Part shown: piece by piece, positions 49,721 through 62,362 of the stretch
How the letters are laid out: the number at the start of each line of letters is the position of its first letter
How positions within the stretch are numbered: the first letter of the stretch is position 1
DNA from: Camelus dromedarius
Lineage: Eukaryota
DNA length: 64,000 nt
Assembly: GCF_036321535.1 (NCBI RefSeq)
Contig: NC_087472.1
Span: forward strand, 101,744,001-101,808,000
Direction: 5' to 3'
The notes under the pieces: model-generated
What the model was told of the DNA's origin: nothing
Seen by the model: only the letters and a program-made list of their open reading frames with translations
Databases searched by the model: none
Made by a program: the position numbers and the translations under genes

Positions 49721-50669
49721 GTCAATCCACCATCTTGGCAAGAATGAGCAAGACAGAAATTCTTGTAGCTCGCTCCCTCTCAAGGAACTACCAACAGTCA
49801 CAAGGAGAGATGAGCAGAGATTAAAAGGTTCCCAAAGGTTCTCCAGTGCTATCAGCCCAATGGCAACCTGACTTCAATCATGCGGTGTGCATAATATTCC
49901 CATCTTTCTGGCGAATATGTCTGTGAGAACAAGAGATGGCAGAGGCATCCTGTTTATGGTGCTTTGAGGACTGAGAGCTTTGGAGATGCAAGGTGATAAA
50001 GTTCTTACATGCTTCTAACTTGAATTTCATGCAGAGCACTTCATTCCATACTCCCCAGTTCAATTTCAGTGGCATCTACAGAGGGATGATTTGGTTCTAA
50101 GTCAGATAGAGGAATAAGAATGCTGGGTGGGAGAATTCAGTCAGATCACCTGAGGCTCAAATGTGAATTTTCCAGGGTAAAAGGGAGGAGACGGTTGGAA
50201 GCAGAAGAGAAAGAGCCTGCATGTAGCCATAGTCCTTCTCAGGTCCCGGGGCCACATCACGCACACTCATCCGCAGTGTTCCCACCCTCAGCCCTGCGGG
50301 AGAGACGATGCAATTTAGTGAAAACAAATTCAATCTTGAGTCAGGAAACCTGGTTTTGATTCTCCGTTCCCTCACTGCTTGGCTCTGGTCAGTCACTTTC
50401 CCCCTGAGCATCCACTTCCTCGTATGGAAAATAACACTCATCCTTGCATCACAATTCATGATGCAGATGAAACGAGGGAATGGGGTCTCTTGCTTTCTGG
50501 AAAGGAAATCACCATGAAACTGATAGCTGTCATTTTAAATCAGTAAATTTTCCTTGCGTCACCTCTTAAGGTAAGCAAAAGTTAAAAGCTTGGTTGTACC
50601 CAGAGTCGCTGCAGGTGGGAAGAAAGAAGCCTTTTATCTACAGAGGGCAGCAACACAGTCAACCTAATC

Positions 50670-51225
50670 AGATGGCAATTTGGCAGTATCTCTCCAGCTA
50701 GAAAACATACCACCCTTTGAACTGGCAATTCCCAGATACACTTGCAAAAGTAAGCCAGGTTATAAGTAAAAGAACATCGCGATGCAGCGATGTTGGTAGC
50801 AGAAAATGGAAAACCTTATGTCTGTCACAGTGGGGACTGGTTCGGTAAATTACAGAGTTGTAAATACTATGCATCTGATGAAAAGAATGAGTAGCTCATT
50901 TGGACCCGTAAAGATTTCTAAGGTTTGCTATTAAGTTAACTAAAAAGCAAGATAATGAATATCGCATACAGTGTGAGACAGATGGATAGATATTCATGCA
51001 GACACACACACCCAGGTAATTGAATAAAACCTTCCTGGAACAATACACATGAACCTGCTGTTAGTGTTTATCTTTGGAGAGAAGAACTAGATAGAACTCA
51101 GGGGAGAGGAAGGCTTTCCCATTTCATTTTATTTTCTTCCTTTCTTGGCAGTTGGAAATTTTATTTTTAATCCTGTGCCTCTATTTTTTTTTAAATTTCA
51201 AGTAAGTGCATCATAAAAGAAAACT
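50670..51225 (+). mobile_element. Ancient L1ME-like fragment
   Basis: ggcaatttggcagtatct...ccctttgaactggcaattcc...tggggactggtt...aaatactatgca...aaaagcaag...tttatctttggaga. Confidence 0.65.
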
Positions 51226-52214
51226 AGCAAATGGAGTAAAGAAGGCCTATTTGCATGTGGGCGTTATAAAAATAACAAAGAAATAGCAGCTGGAAATGCT
51301 GCGATGCGGCATGAGGTGGCCCAGGCTCGGTGTTTAGGAAACACTGCTCTCCCAGCTGCCAGTCCTCTCTCTCTCTGGAATCCTTGTCCTCGGGAATCCT
51401 GAAAGGCAGAGGCGGCAGAGGGAAAGCGGAGGGGAGAGCCAAGGAAAATAAATATGGAAAGAGCCCAAGAATAAATGGGGAGAAAACAGGGTGTAAGGAG
51501 GAGTCGACAGAGAGCCACGTTCTCAAGCTGGCGCAGGGCAGGGAAGGGAGAGATGCCTCCGGGGGGAACTTCCCATCGAAAATGTACAGTTTGTATTTAA
51601 GTGACTATTTTCACCATAATGATGACTGTGGGTGAAACACACATTTCTTGTTAGCTGAGAATCCCAAGAGGTAGTAGATCTGTAATCTTTCTACAGAAGA
51701 CTCCTGTTGTTCCTAATATTTATCCAGCTCTATATACACAGATGGGTACCAGGACAAAAGAGCTAAACTACCAAATCCTTGCAGATTCAAAGCTGTAGAC
51801 ACCACTTACCCTGGCTCTGGGGGACATGAACAAAACACTAACCCAGGATTGGAGTCCAGGCTAAAACAAGGATGACAAACACTTGTATAATGACAGTTAA
51901 ATCAGTTTCTCCACGAGGGAACACTCAGGTTCCTTTAATAAGTTCATTTGCACTGTGAGTTCCAGGAGGGTGAGGTATGGTATGCAGCGCTTCCCCAAAT
52001 TCCCGTCTGGGAACTCTTTCTTTTAAGCATGGTGCGGGATTGGTGAGCCTCAGAACACGCTTGGGAAAGCCAATCCATTCAGGGGTTGTTTCTCTTCCTC
52101 ATTGTTGAGATCAGAGAATGGAGATGGGAAGTAGAAACGATGCCACATAATATTGTACCTGAAGGAACTATTTCAACATATGGTTTGGGGTGAAATTTAT
52201 AAAAGTCAGGTGTT

Positions 52215-52864
52215 TTGCATATGATCCAGCAATCCCACTCCTGGGCATATTTCCAGAGGAAACTCCAATTTGAAAAGATACATGCACCCCAATGCTCATA
52301 GCAGCACTATTTACAGTAGCCAACACATGGAAGCATCCTAAATGTCCACTGACAGATGACTGGATAAAGTTGTGTGTATATAAACACACATACACACAAC
52401 AGAGTACTACTCAGCCATAAAAAAAATTAATTAATGCCATTTGCAGCAACATGGATGGACCTGGAGATTATCATACTAAGCCAGAAAGAAAAAGAAAAAT
52501 ATGGTATGATATCACTTATATGTGATATCTTAAAAAATGAGACAAATTAACTTATTTATAAAACAGAAACAGACTTGCAGACATAGAAAACAAACTTACG
52601 GTTACCAAAGGGGGAAGGGAGTAGAGAGGGAAAAAGTGAGAGTTTGGTATTTATAGATATTATTATATATAAAACAGATAAAAAACAAGGACCTACTGTA
52701 TAGCACAGGGAACTATATTCAATACCTTGTAATAGCCTATAATGAAAAAGAATGAGAAATATATATACATATGTGTGTAACCAAATCACTATGCTGTACA
52801 CCAGAAATTGACACAATATTGTAATCTGACTATACTTAATAAAATCGTTAATCAAAAAAAAAAA
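52215..52864 (+). mobile_element. 5'-truncated artiodactyl-type L1 (~650 bp) with perfect 14-bp TSD
   Basis: Disrupted ORF2 C-terminus YDPAIPLLGIFPEETPI*KDTCTPMLIAALFTVANTWKHPKCPLTDDWIK, then 3' UTR and poly(A). TSD aaaagtcaggtgtt at 52201-52214 and 52865-52878. Confidence 0.95.
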
Positions 52865-52999
52865 AAAAGTCAGGTGTTGTGGCTTAAGAAAGCCTCCATC
52901 AGGTCAGCTCTAGAATTTAATTTAGAAATACTACAGTTTGTCCCCTTCATTGTACAAATAAGGCAACGGAGCTGCAGATATTCCTAAACAAGGAACAGA

Positions 53000-53230
53000 G
53001 CCCACGCTCCAGAGCCGGGACTCTGGAGGCAGAACACCTGGGTTCAAACCCCAGCATTCTGCAGGCCCTAGAGCCAGTTACTTGATCTCTCTGGGCCTCC
53101 ATTTCCCCATGAGAAAGATGAAGATAACGGCAGTCTGGACCTCAGAGGACTGCGATAAAGATTAAGGGAGCTGGTGTTTGTAAGGCACACAGGCCAGTGC
53201 CTGGCGCGTAGTAAGCGCTAGATAAACAGT
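53000..53230 (+). mobile_element. MIR SINE
   Basis: gggactctggaggcagaacacctgggttcaaacccca...ttacttgatctctctgggcctc...cagtgcctggcgcgtagtaagcgct. Confidence 0.8.
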
Positions 53231-54769
53231 TCTTTGAGCGAAATAAAGTTACTGGGCCCTCAGGGTCCCAAACTGAGGCATCCTGACTCCAACATTATCA
53301 TTCTTACCTAATACTTCCACTCTAATGAAATGGTCATTTAAAAGGTGAAACCAAAAGGGTAATGGTTTGACCATCGTCAAAAAGCCAGTGTTAATGGGGA
53401 GTTAATAGGCGCACCATTGCCAGAGTGAATTTCAAGAATTCAAATAACACTTCTCTCTCTAGAAATACATACCGTGTAATTAAAATAAGTATATGTGGGC
53501 CGGGGAGGCAAGGGATACGTAGATTTTTTTTTCTTGCCAGGCTTCAGGTTCTAGAAAGATTAGGTCATTTTTAAAGGGAATGTTCACAGTCAGGATTGGG
53601 GGCTGGGGGGGTGGGGACTCTGAACCTAGAATATAGGACGGACAGGAGAGAGGAGTCCAAAGTGGGATTATTAGAGCTCAAAGGAAAATGGAGGTGTCTC
53701 TGGCAGGATAAAGTCAGGATATAAAGATGAGCAGGGGTTCCTCCCTCCTCTTTAATTTGTTTTCAGGCAGGTGTGCTGTGCATAGTACAAAGCTCTGACT
53801 CCTTAAATGCAGGGTGTTCTCAAGTCATGTGGCATTAGTGGCCTCATGCTGCCACTTGAGTTTCAGCCTGAGCGCCGAAATGCGGATTTGCTAACTGGAG
53901 CATGGAGAAGGCTCCAGACAGAGAAGGGACATGAAGGAGGGGAAGGAAAGGACAGTGGGAAAAACGGGGGCAGGGGGTGATGTGCTGCCCCTAAGACCTT
54001 GCTCACCTGACCCTCCTGGGGATACCGGCCCCTCGTGAGCTTTGGAAGAGCACTTCCAACTATTTGGGGAGGAGGATGGGAAGTTAACAGAGGCAGATAG
54101 AAAAAGATGGCAGGAACCAAAGAGACGCATGGGTTCTTTTTTTTCCTGAGTTGACATGGGCATCATGTCACCTCTCTGATGTGTCTCCACCATCACTCTA
54201 ATCTAACCATCATGGAAGTCTGGGCTTGGCTGAACATCTTGTTTCTCCAGCTGCTCAGGGAACCACCGCATCAGACCTGTGGAGAAGCCTGTGTCCTTGT
54301 CCGTTGGTACCTCCAAAGTAGGCATCACAGATGAGCGCCAAAACATGACCTGAAAGGCCTCTGAGACCATACCAAGTAGCACAGGTGACAGGAACCTCTC
54401 GACCGCGATACCTTAAGTTGCAAAATAATGTGGTATTAGGCGCCCCAAGCTTTGAGTTACACTTTGTGAGAACAGTCCCTCCTCTGCAACACTGGGGCGA
54501 GCCAAGATTTTATCAGGGGATGAATCAGGTGGAGGCAGGCGTGGGAAGCCACCAAAAGCACAGCTCTCTGCCTCCTTTGAGATCCCTGCGGGGGCAAGAT
54601 CAATAAAGTTTAGGGGAGGAGACAACGCCACAGGGACAAGGGACCTCATACTCTGCTGGTGGCGTTGCCACTGGAACCACTTTGGACAGTAACTTGGCAA
54701 TATCTTCAAAGCTGAAGAAGAACAGACCCTTGGACCCAGAAATTTCATTTCTAGCTAGATACCCTAAAG

Positions 54770-54946
54770 CAATGACTGTCAATGCCGGCTGCTTACTGGA
54801 ACTTTCTGAGGGAGCTTTAAAAATATACAGGTGCCTAGTTCCCACCCCCAGTGATTTGGATTTAACTGGGCTGGGTGCATCCTGGAACTGGGACTCTTCA
54901 AAGCTCCCCAGGCAATTCTGATATGTAGGAAAAGGTCCATCTACTG
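54770..54946. mobile_element. MER5A1-like MITE
   Basis: gggagctttaaaaatatacaggtgcctagttcccacccccagtgatttggatttaactggg...aaagctccccaggcaattctgat. Confidence 0.75.
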
Positions 54947-55384
54947 CCTGGAGACCTTTCTTCTCCCATGTGCCATAAGGACGTTTGACATAATTGCTTG
55001 TGCCAGCACTGTTTACAGGAACAAGAAATTGGAACGAACCTAAATACCCATCAAGAGGAGGGTGCATAAATAAATTGCACTGTATTCCTTTAATAGCATT
55101 CCCCAGGGCAGTGAGAGATGACTACCATAGAGCCATGTGGATCAATATGTTTAAGTCATAAAGCAGGTTATAGAATGACACCTGCAATATCACATGATTT
55201 AGGCAAATTTTAAAAGACATCAGTACTGTTTTTGAATATATACATATGCAGAACTTGGATTAAAATGGATTGAGGTGAGGACTGAAAAACACAAAAGTGA
55301 GGATAATAGTTACCACTGAGGAGGGAGAGGGTGATCAGATTAGACAGGGAACAGAGGGGCTTTCAATTCTAACTGTAATATTTT

Positions 55385-55529
55385 TAAAACTCTTTTTTAA
55401 AATTTATTTTAGTTTTTTTTTTCCCCTTAATGGAGGCACTGGGGACTGAACTCAGGACCTGAGTATTGAACCCAGGACCTTGCACGCCAAGCACGCAGTC
55501 TACCACGGATCTATACCCTCTACCCCTGG
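55385..55529 (-). mobile_element. Camelid Vic-1-type SINE with 16-bp TSD
   Basis: Reverse complement reads gagggtatagatccgtggtagactgcgtgcttggcgtgcaaggtcctgggttcaa...cctccatt, then an A-tail. TSD ctaactgtaatatttt (55369-55384) / ctaactgtaacatttt (55530-55545). Confidence 0.88.
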
Positions 55530-56849
55530 CTAACTGTAACATTTTATTTCTTTAAACAAATATAAAACAAGCATGGGAGAAATGTTAGCTTTGCTAGAAT
55601 TGGATGGTAGGTACACGGTTGTTATGTTATTCTCGGGTTGAAAGCTTGCATAATAAATATTTAAAGCTACAGAACATGAAAGTGATCAAGCTGAGAAAAT
55701 GAGTCACCATATGCATAAGCCGCAAATTCATCATAAACTCAACAGCACAAAGAGCAAAGGTAGTAACTCCTTAAAACAACTGAAACCAAACAAAACCCTG
55801 AAGAGACTTTATTACTTAGGCTTTATTAAATCCACAGAAAGACTCCAAGACATGAATTGCCTGCTCTCAAACGCTGCTGTGTGTATTTAAAACAAAAAGG
55901 CATCCGTCAAAGGAAATGAACAGGGTACTGTACCCTCTGCGCGTTCCCATCCACTCAGCATGCATTTCTTTTTTGAGACTCTATTGTCTGCCTGGTCCTG
56001 AATGAGGTGTAGGGTTTCCCTTTTATCTCTTCCCCATCGTGAACCCAAATGACATGAGTTTCCCTTTTGATTGGTAAGAGTTCACAAAACAGTGCTATGA
56101 ACCACAGAAATGATTTTTCTTACACCAGGATTTTCCCATTTTGGTTTAAGGGCGTCAGATGTCTCCAATTATCTACACAGAAGGTTGTAGAACGAAGCAG
56201 GGGACATGTCCTGCAACCAAGCTTACCTTGACGAGAGAAACACAGATGGAAAATGGAGCTCTGGGGGGTGGGGGGTGGGGCAGTAAACAGAGGGAGACAA
56301 CAATTCTGCAAAACCCAGCACTTCAGGAGAGGGTTTTGCAAAACTACAAAGGGTGAAATGAGTATTTTCATCAGGCGAATTAAGTGGTATCCAGAAGAAT
56401 GGGTGATGGATGCCAGTCCTTGGGGCCTATCAGCTTGTTGCCAAACCAGTTCTCCTCGCGGGGCATTTGGCAGCGTTCTCTTTGACATCTGCTTGCCAAG
56501 ATACTCAGTGACGCAGTCCTTTATGGGGTCACGAGAGCATTGGTCTCCATGTCCCAGAGCAACCAAAGTTTCTGTCTGGGCCTCAAATGCACAACTGGAC
56601 CAATCTAAACCATTTTCTCTCACCTTTGCAAACTCTTTTTTTTTCTGGCCCTGAAGAGCAGTCAAATGTCAAAATGGATTGCTGCTAAACCTGCTGGAGA
56701 GGGAGGGAAGCAAATGAGAGGGGGGTGTCATCAAGAAACCAGGATAATCGAGGATCTTTGGAGAAGGAAAGCTTGAGGGAAACCACAAACCTAGTTCTGG
56801 GGGTGTACCCACATCTAGAAGTAGAAGATTCCATGCTGGCCTTGGGCTT

Positions 56850-57330
56850 GTTACTCCCAGACCCATTCCTTGCCTTCAAGGAATCACCTTGCTCTGCTGA
56901 GCATCACAGGGAAGCCTCACCCTACATCCTCCAGGCCCTCTGGCTTCCAGCTAGGCTCAGCCAATGGGAGGCACTGAGAGGAGACTGGAGGGCAGGAGGA
57001 GGCAAGAAGTTAGGGTATCTCTTCCTCTCACTCTTAGCCCGTGGCCATGTCTCTTCTGGGCTCCCAACTCCCACTAGGCTGGCTCACCATTGGTCCAGCT
57101 TCTGCGAGGGGCCTCCAGCCCTTGCGTTCTGGTAGCATCGCTCCTTCCATTTGTCCCTGAAGCTTAAGAGTGGGAGCAGCTTCCTGCCATCGCTCAACTC
57201 TGGCTCCCCTCGCCATTCTCTGGTTTCTCAGCTCTTTTGCAGTTGTGGAACCAATTCCCTGTATTAAATTCTCTCTTTGTGAAATACCTAGAATGGTTCC
57301 ATTATCCTGGTTAAATGCTGAATGGTACCC
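56850..57330 (+). mobile_element. ERVL solo LTR, LTR33-family-like
   Basis: ctctggcttccagctaggctcagccaatgggaggcactgagaggagactggagggcaggagg...ccctgtattaaattctctct...gaaatacctagaatggtt. Confidence 0.7.
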
Positions 57331-58924
57331 ACACTGTGAGGCCGCTGTGTATCAGTTGGTTTACAACTGGCTTATATGTTACCCTCGGCTGATATATGCC
57401 AACAGGCATTTGGTTTTAAGTCACAAGGCCTAGGCTCATATCCCTGCTCTCATGGCCAAGGACTGTAACACTGGGCGTTTACATAACCTTTCTAAGCCTT
57501 TGTTTTCTCATTTTTAATATGGAACTAATAGTGTCTCCTGGACTGACTGCTGAGAAGCTTTGATGAAAGGATGTACAGGAAAGGACCTATATATCTATAG
57601 AATGCTAAAGAAATCGAAGCAAGTATTACTATATGCTCAGTAATACTGCTGTTATTAAGTTTTTGGCCTACGGGTAACATTTTTATAAAATGATTCATTT
57701 TTATAAATATGAAATGTTTGCTCTTTCCTATCCACTCATCTCTGAAGGGCAATTTTTATAAGATATTCTAAAGTGAGTATTTCCCTTTCTTTTATAGAAA
57801 TGTTTACCATGTAAATACACTGCCAGGCCCAGATAGAAGCAGAATTGCTGAGCTCTGTTGGAACAGGCCCCAGGTAAACACAGTGTGTCATGTAATGGAT
57901 GTGCGTGAGGCAAGCCTGGGGGAGTGTTGGGGGCAAGGACAGCAGTGTTGAACATTCACCCTGGCCATCTCTAGTCTCTGTAATCATTAAAAAGTTGGAG
58001 TTCTGCCTCCCTGCATGGTTCAATTGGTTAGAATCCCTCCAGATTAGAATAGGGAAAAATTGCCCCAAATTGACTATACCCAGGAGCTGAACTGGCTCGA
58101 ACTTGGTGACCCACGGTTCCAGCTAAAAAACTAGACATGACCATCAGGACTTGGAACATCCAGGGCCCAAGTGGGCACCCGTCCATGTGATGCGATGCTA
58201 GCAGTACCTGCGTATGCCAAGTTTTTTTTTTTTTTTAAAGGTTTTCCCCCTCCAGTCTTCTGATACCTACGAAAGTGGTGGGGAAAGCCTTTACTCCACA
58301 ACCAAGGACCCAGTGTCCTAAAGGAATGGAATGTTTTGTGATCGCTGATATGGGATGTTTTGCCTGGGAGCAGGATCTTAGGAGACAGGATGTTAGGTGT
58401 CCTGGAAGGAAAAGGATATCAGAGAAAAGGGGAAAAGACACAAAGGTGAGGGGCTGGGGCACCCAAGACAAGCTTCCCACTTCACAAGTTTTTGAAGCAT
58501 TCTCCATTACTATGATCAAACAAGAGGGGAAAACATTTCCAAACCAAGTCAAAATTATCAGAGGTCAAACTTATCACAACTTTTGAAAGATGTCATTCTG
58601 TCATATTTTGCAAAGACAGCCAAGTGGAATTAGCCCAGGAGTTATTTACAACCTGCTCTGTACTCCATACCGGAGTCATTGCCTCATTGAATCTTTCCAT
58701 GATGCTGGGAGATATGCCTCATTCACCCTACTTCTGAGATGAGAAAATAGAGGCCTACAGAACCAGTAAGTGGGCAAAGGCAAGTTCACCCCCAGGAGGC
58801 CTGACTCATAGGTGAGTGCACTTCCCCACCCCATCCTGCCCTCTTGATGGATGAGGTCTTTGAAATCACAGTGGGTGGCTCTTCCAGGTTGGCATTCTCA
58901 CTTTTCTGGGTTAAGGGGGCAAAT

Positions 58925-59089
58925 CAGTGCCCTTAAACTGTGATGTGCCTACAGAGTCACCTGGGAATCTTGTTAAAAATGCAGTTCTGATGCAGGAAGT
59001 GTGGGGTGGGGCCTGAGATTCTGGATTTCTAGTAAGCCTTCCAGGAGACATCAGTGTTGTGGTCCAGGGACCCCACTGTGAGCAGCAAC
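58925..59089. mobile_element. MER5B-like MITE
   Basis: agagtcacctgggaatcttgttaaaaatgcag...tggggtggggcctgagattctggatttcta...ggtccagggacccca. Confidence 0.8.
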
Positions 59090-59484
59090 ATCACACACAC
59101 CCATCAACTACTTTTCTTCTTTCAGCCACTCATTCAAAATGTCCTGACTTTACTAAACACTTAATCCATGTTGGGTACCATGCTGGGAGCTGGGGATGCA
59201 GCCATGGACAGGCAGACCCAAGACTTTTAGCTCATGGGGGCTTACACTGTAGTGGAAAGAGACAAAAAATATATATTGGGAAGTGAACAAATAAATACTA
59301 CATCATCAGATACAGGCTGGGAAGCATAGGAGAGATAGTGACTGGGAATGGGGTTCTCTGACCTAGCTCCAAGCTCCTGGGACACTGATCCGTGAGCAGA
59401 ACCAACTGCTGCTAATGGCACTTCTGAATTAAGCCTCCAGCAATCCAAAAAGATTTAGTGGCCCATCTGCTATATAGAAATCAA

Positions 59485-59690
59485 AGTATGGGATGAAATG
59501 ATATAATGTCTGGGATTTGCTTCAAAATAATATGGGAAGGGGGAGTGGGTGACAGACAGTATAGGTGACACTTCATTGGCTGGAGTCGCTAAGAGTTGAA
59601 ACGGGGTGATGGTCACCTGGGGGAGGTTCATCATATTGTTCTGTTTATTATATGTCTGGCATCTTCCAAACATTTTTTTTTAAAAACAGA
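59485..59690 (+). mobile_element. Old L1 3' terminus (L1MB8/L1ME-like)
   Basis: ggatgaaatgatataatgtctgggatttgcttcaaaataat...gttgaaacggggtgatgg...ggttcatcata. Confidence 0.75.
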
Positions 59691-59772
59691 ATTAAAGTAT
59701 GTAAGTTGTTTGAACCTCATAGCTGCCCCAACGAACTTACAAAATGCCATGTAACCTGATTCCACATGGTGG

Positions 59773-60227
59773 GGCGGGTCTTAACCCAGAATTCAGGGGG
59801 TCCAGGAACTTGGAGGGGAAATTTACATTTGATTGCACTCATCTCTAGGTGAAATGTCCCATTTCTTTCAGTTATGAATACAGGCAGCAAACCACAGTAA
59901 TACTAGCAGGACTGTCACTACCCCAGACACCACGGGCATTTTCATATCACAGTAACTGTCATTCTAGGTATTTCAACACATCACTCTTTAACCCTTCAAC
60001 TGATCTTGGTAATTAGTGAGTTAATGAGAAGCTCATATTTTACTATATCACAAATTCATATGTTAATATTTTAATAATTATATTTCTTTAGTCACCGTGT
60101 TTTAATAATTGTTGGTCCTTGGTTAATTCTAGGTATTTTTACATTTTCAAATCTTAGTCTGAGAAGGCCCCAGATTTCACCTGTCCACCACAGGGGTCCA
60201 TGGCAAAGAAAAGTTTAAGAATTCCAG
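59773..60227. mobile_element. Charlie4a-like hAT element
   Basis: agaattcagggggtccaggaacttgga...ggcagcaaaccacagtaatactagcag...ttttcatatcaca...ggggtccatggcaaagaaaagtttaagaa. Confidence 0.75.
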
Positions 60228-61439
60228 CTCTAGGTCAATACACAGAGCGACCACACACCTGCCGGCAGCACAGCCTCCATCCACCCACGGGAGGCCTCTC
60301 CTGCCCACAGCGGCAATAAATCTCCCATCCCTTCCCCCTCCAAAAAATGTAGGTCCTTCAGCCCTCCAGCCCAAATGTCATCATGACTGAGTACTCAGAA
60401 TAGGGGAAGGGGGCTGGAAGCATTTGGAAGTTTCCAGTGTCTTGGAGATAAACCCTGACTCTAGTATGAAAGAGAATTCAGGCAATGGGTTAAGAAACGT
60501 TGGGCAGTGGGCCAAATAAGAGTAACATTCTTCTCTGCTTGTCCTTTCTGGATCATTTGTGCCTTATCTACAGGAATCTCTGCCTGTAGCGAAAACTCCC
60601 AAATGACAGGAGTGAAACAGTCAGATTCTGACAGGAGGGACAGTGGGAGGTGGCAGGGAAAGGGCAGATAAGATGCCAGCAGAATACAGGTGAGGAGAAA
60701 TCCTTTAACTGGATTTATGCTGGCTTGGAGATATTTTCAAGCCAGTTGCAAGGACGGGCATGTATATATATCAGCACAACTTCCCCGGCTGACGGGCACC
60801 GAATCCAAGGTTATGCTTGGAGCTGTCGATGAGCACTTTCTTTGGGGGTTGGGAACTTTCAAATCCCTGGAGCTCTCCAAAACCAGTGGCTTGGGATCCT
60901 CTCCTGTCTTTGGGGTGAAAACACCGCTTTCTCCCCAGCTGCAGGAGTCAGAGATGTTTGTGGCTTGGGTACACCTGTTAACATGACCTAAAGAGCCCCA
61001 TTCACTTCCCCTGGCCTTTTGTCCAGGACTAAAATTGCAGCCACTGAACTGGTCTTTCCCTTCAGAGCCTGTAACCAGACACCACGGGACAGCCAGGGCT
61101 GCCATAGCGCTGGGTGGAGGAAGAAGTGAGGGCGGGTGCATGGGGGAGGGCAGGGGACACTCGGGGACATGCCATGTCATGAGAAACTAAGGACTCGGAG
61201 ACCGTGAGAACTAACGCACAGCTACCCGGCCATGGCATCGATCCCACGCCAAGGAACCAGGGCGCAACCCCCTGGCCAGAAGATAAACAAGTACAGTAAA
61301 AGGCTGCCCTGGAGGGCGGGAGCCTTCTATTAGAAGCCTCCCAAGGACTGAAGGCAGAATGAGGAGGGAAAAACCTCTTGGTAACTGTAACTGTTGAGTT
61401 GCTCCTCATTCACCGAGGAGGAATTCCAGCCAGAAGCCA

Positions 61440-61922
61440 GGCCCAGGCCTCTGTGTTGGCTCAGCCGCTCCCCAGCTGTGTCACTTGGGCAAGTCCCTCA
61501 ACCTCTCTGAGCCTCAGTGTCCTCATCCACAGTAAAAGGAGAGAGCAAAATCTCCCCTTCCTGGGTTCCCACAAAAGTTAAATGAGACAATATCTGTGTG
61601 AGCATGTAGCAGACTTGGAGGTGCTAGGAAGTCGACAAACAAGTTTCCAGCTATCTGGAGTGGGAGACTAGAGTGGTTAAGAGTAGGTGCTGAGACTGGA
61701 CTGCTGGGCTGTGAATCCTGGTTTGGTTGCCTCCTACAGGTGAGTTCTCCGGCAAATTCGTAAGTAATTCTGCACGTCAACTTTCTTATCTGTAAAATGG
61801 AACTTAAACATAATGGCACCTACCCCATAGGATTGTCACGATGAGTAAATGAGCTTATTTGTATAAAATGCTTAGAGTAATGCTTGGCACAGAGTAGCAT
61901 CCAATAAATGGTAGTTATTATG
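61440..61922 (+). mobile_element. Two tandem MIR SINEs
   Basis: Two MIR cores: agctgtgtcacttgggcaagtccctcaacctctctgagcctcagt, and tttcttatctgtaaaatgg...cacctaccccataggattgt. Confidence 0.8.
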
Positions 61923-61929
61923 AGAGTCT

Positions 61930-62362
61930 GGATTACTGCTCAGGGATTATGTATTTCCCTTATGGTCCCACTGAGCACAGAGTATACTTTACTACCCATA
62001 GCTTTAGGGCTTGGCCATATGACTGTCTCGACCGAGGGGAAGCTGGAAAATCTGATGTGAGCTAAAGTTCAAAGTGTGCTTGAGCTGTGAGGTTTGCCCT
62101 TTTGTGCTTCTGCCAGTGCCGCGAAAAGAATGCACCCCAGTTAGCCCACTGGTCCAAGCAGGACGAAAGCCAAGTGAAGCCGACTGGAATCAAACCTGAA
62201 AACAAGAGCCAAGCCCAGACCAGATTAGCCAATTTGCAGACCTGCAGCTCAAAGCACAGTCACCACAGCTGATGTGCAAAACTGAAAGCCTGAGAATAAT
62301 ACTCATTGTTCTAAGCTACTGAGTTTGTGGGTTATTTGTTACACAGCCATGGTTGACTGATA
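61930..62362 (+). mobile_element. MaLR solo LTR, MLT1H2-like
   Basis: gggcttggccatatgact...aaagtgtgcttgagctgtgaggtttgccct...cccactggtccaag...ttgttctaagctactgagtttgtgggttatttgttacacagc...gactgata. Confidence 0.78.

Larger units (their letters stand above)
54600..55660 (+). mobile_element. Ancient L1ME-like fragment carrying nested MER5A1 and Vic-1 insertions
   Basis: ctcatactctgctggtgg...aaccactttggacagtaacttggcaatatct...gacccagaaatttcatttctag; ccagcactgtttaca...aaattggaacgaacctaaatacccatcaa. Confidence 0.75.

Noticed and set aside
50638..50652. CTCF-like motif tctacagagggcagc (similar partial matches near 8470, 10115, 63230)
   Set aside because: Each mismatches the core consensus at key positions; not supportable without a PWM scan or ChIP data.
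56120..56665. 181-aa minus-strand ORF
   Set aside because: No recognisable motif, overlapped by similar ORFs on the other strand, and no splice support.
6410..58808. About a dozen AP-1 (TGASTCA) sites
   Set aside because: Close to the roughly 8 expected by chance in 64 kb and not clustered.
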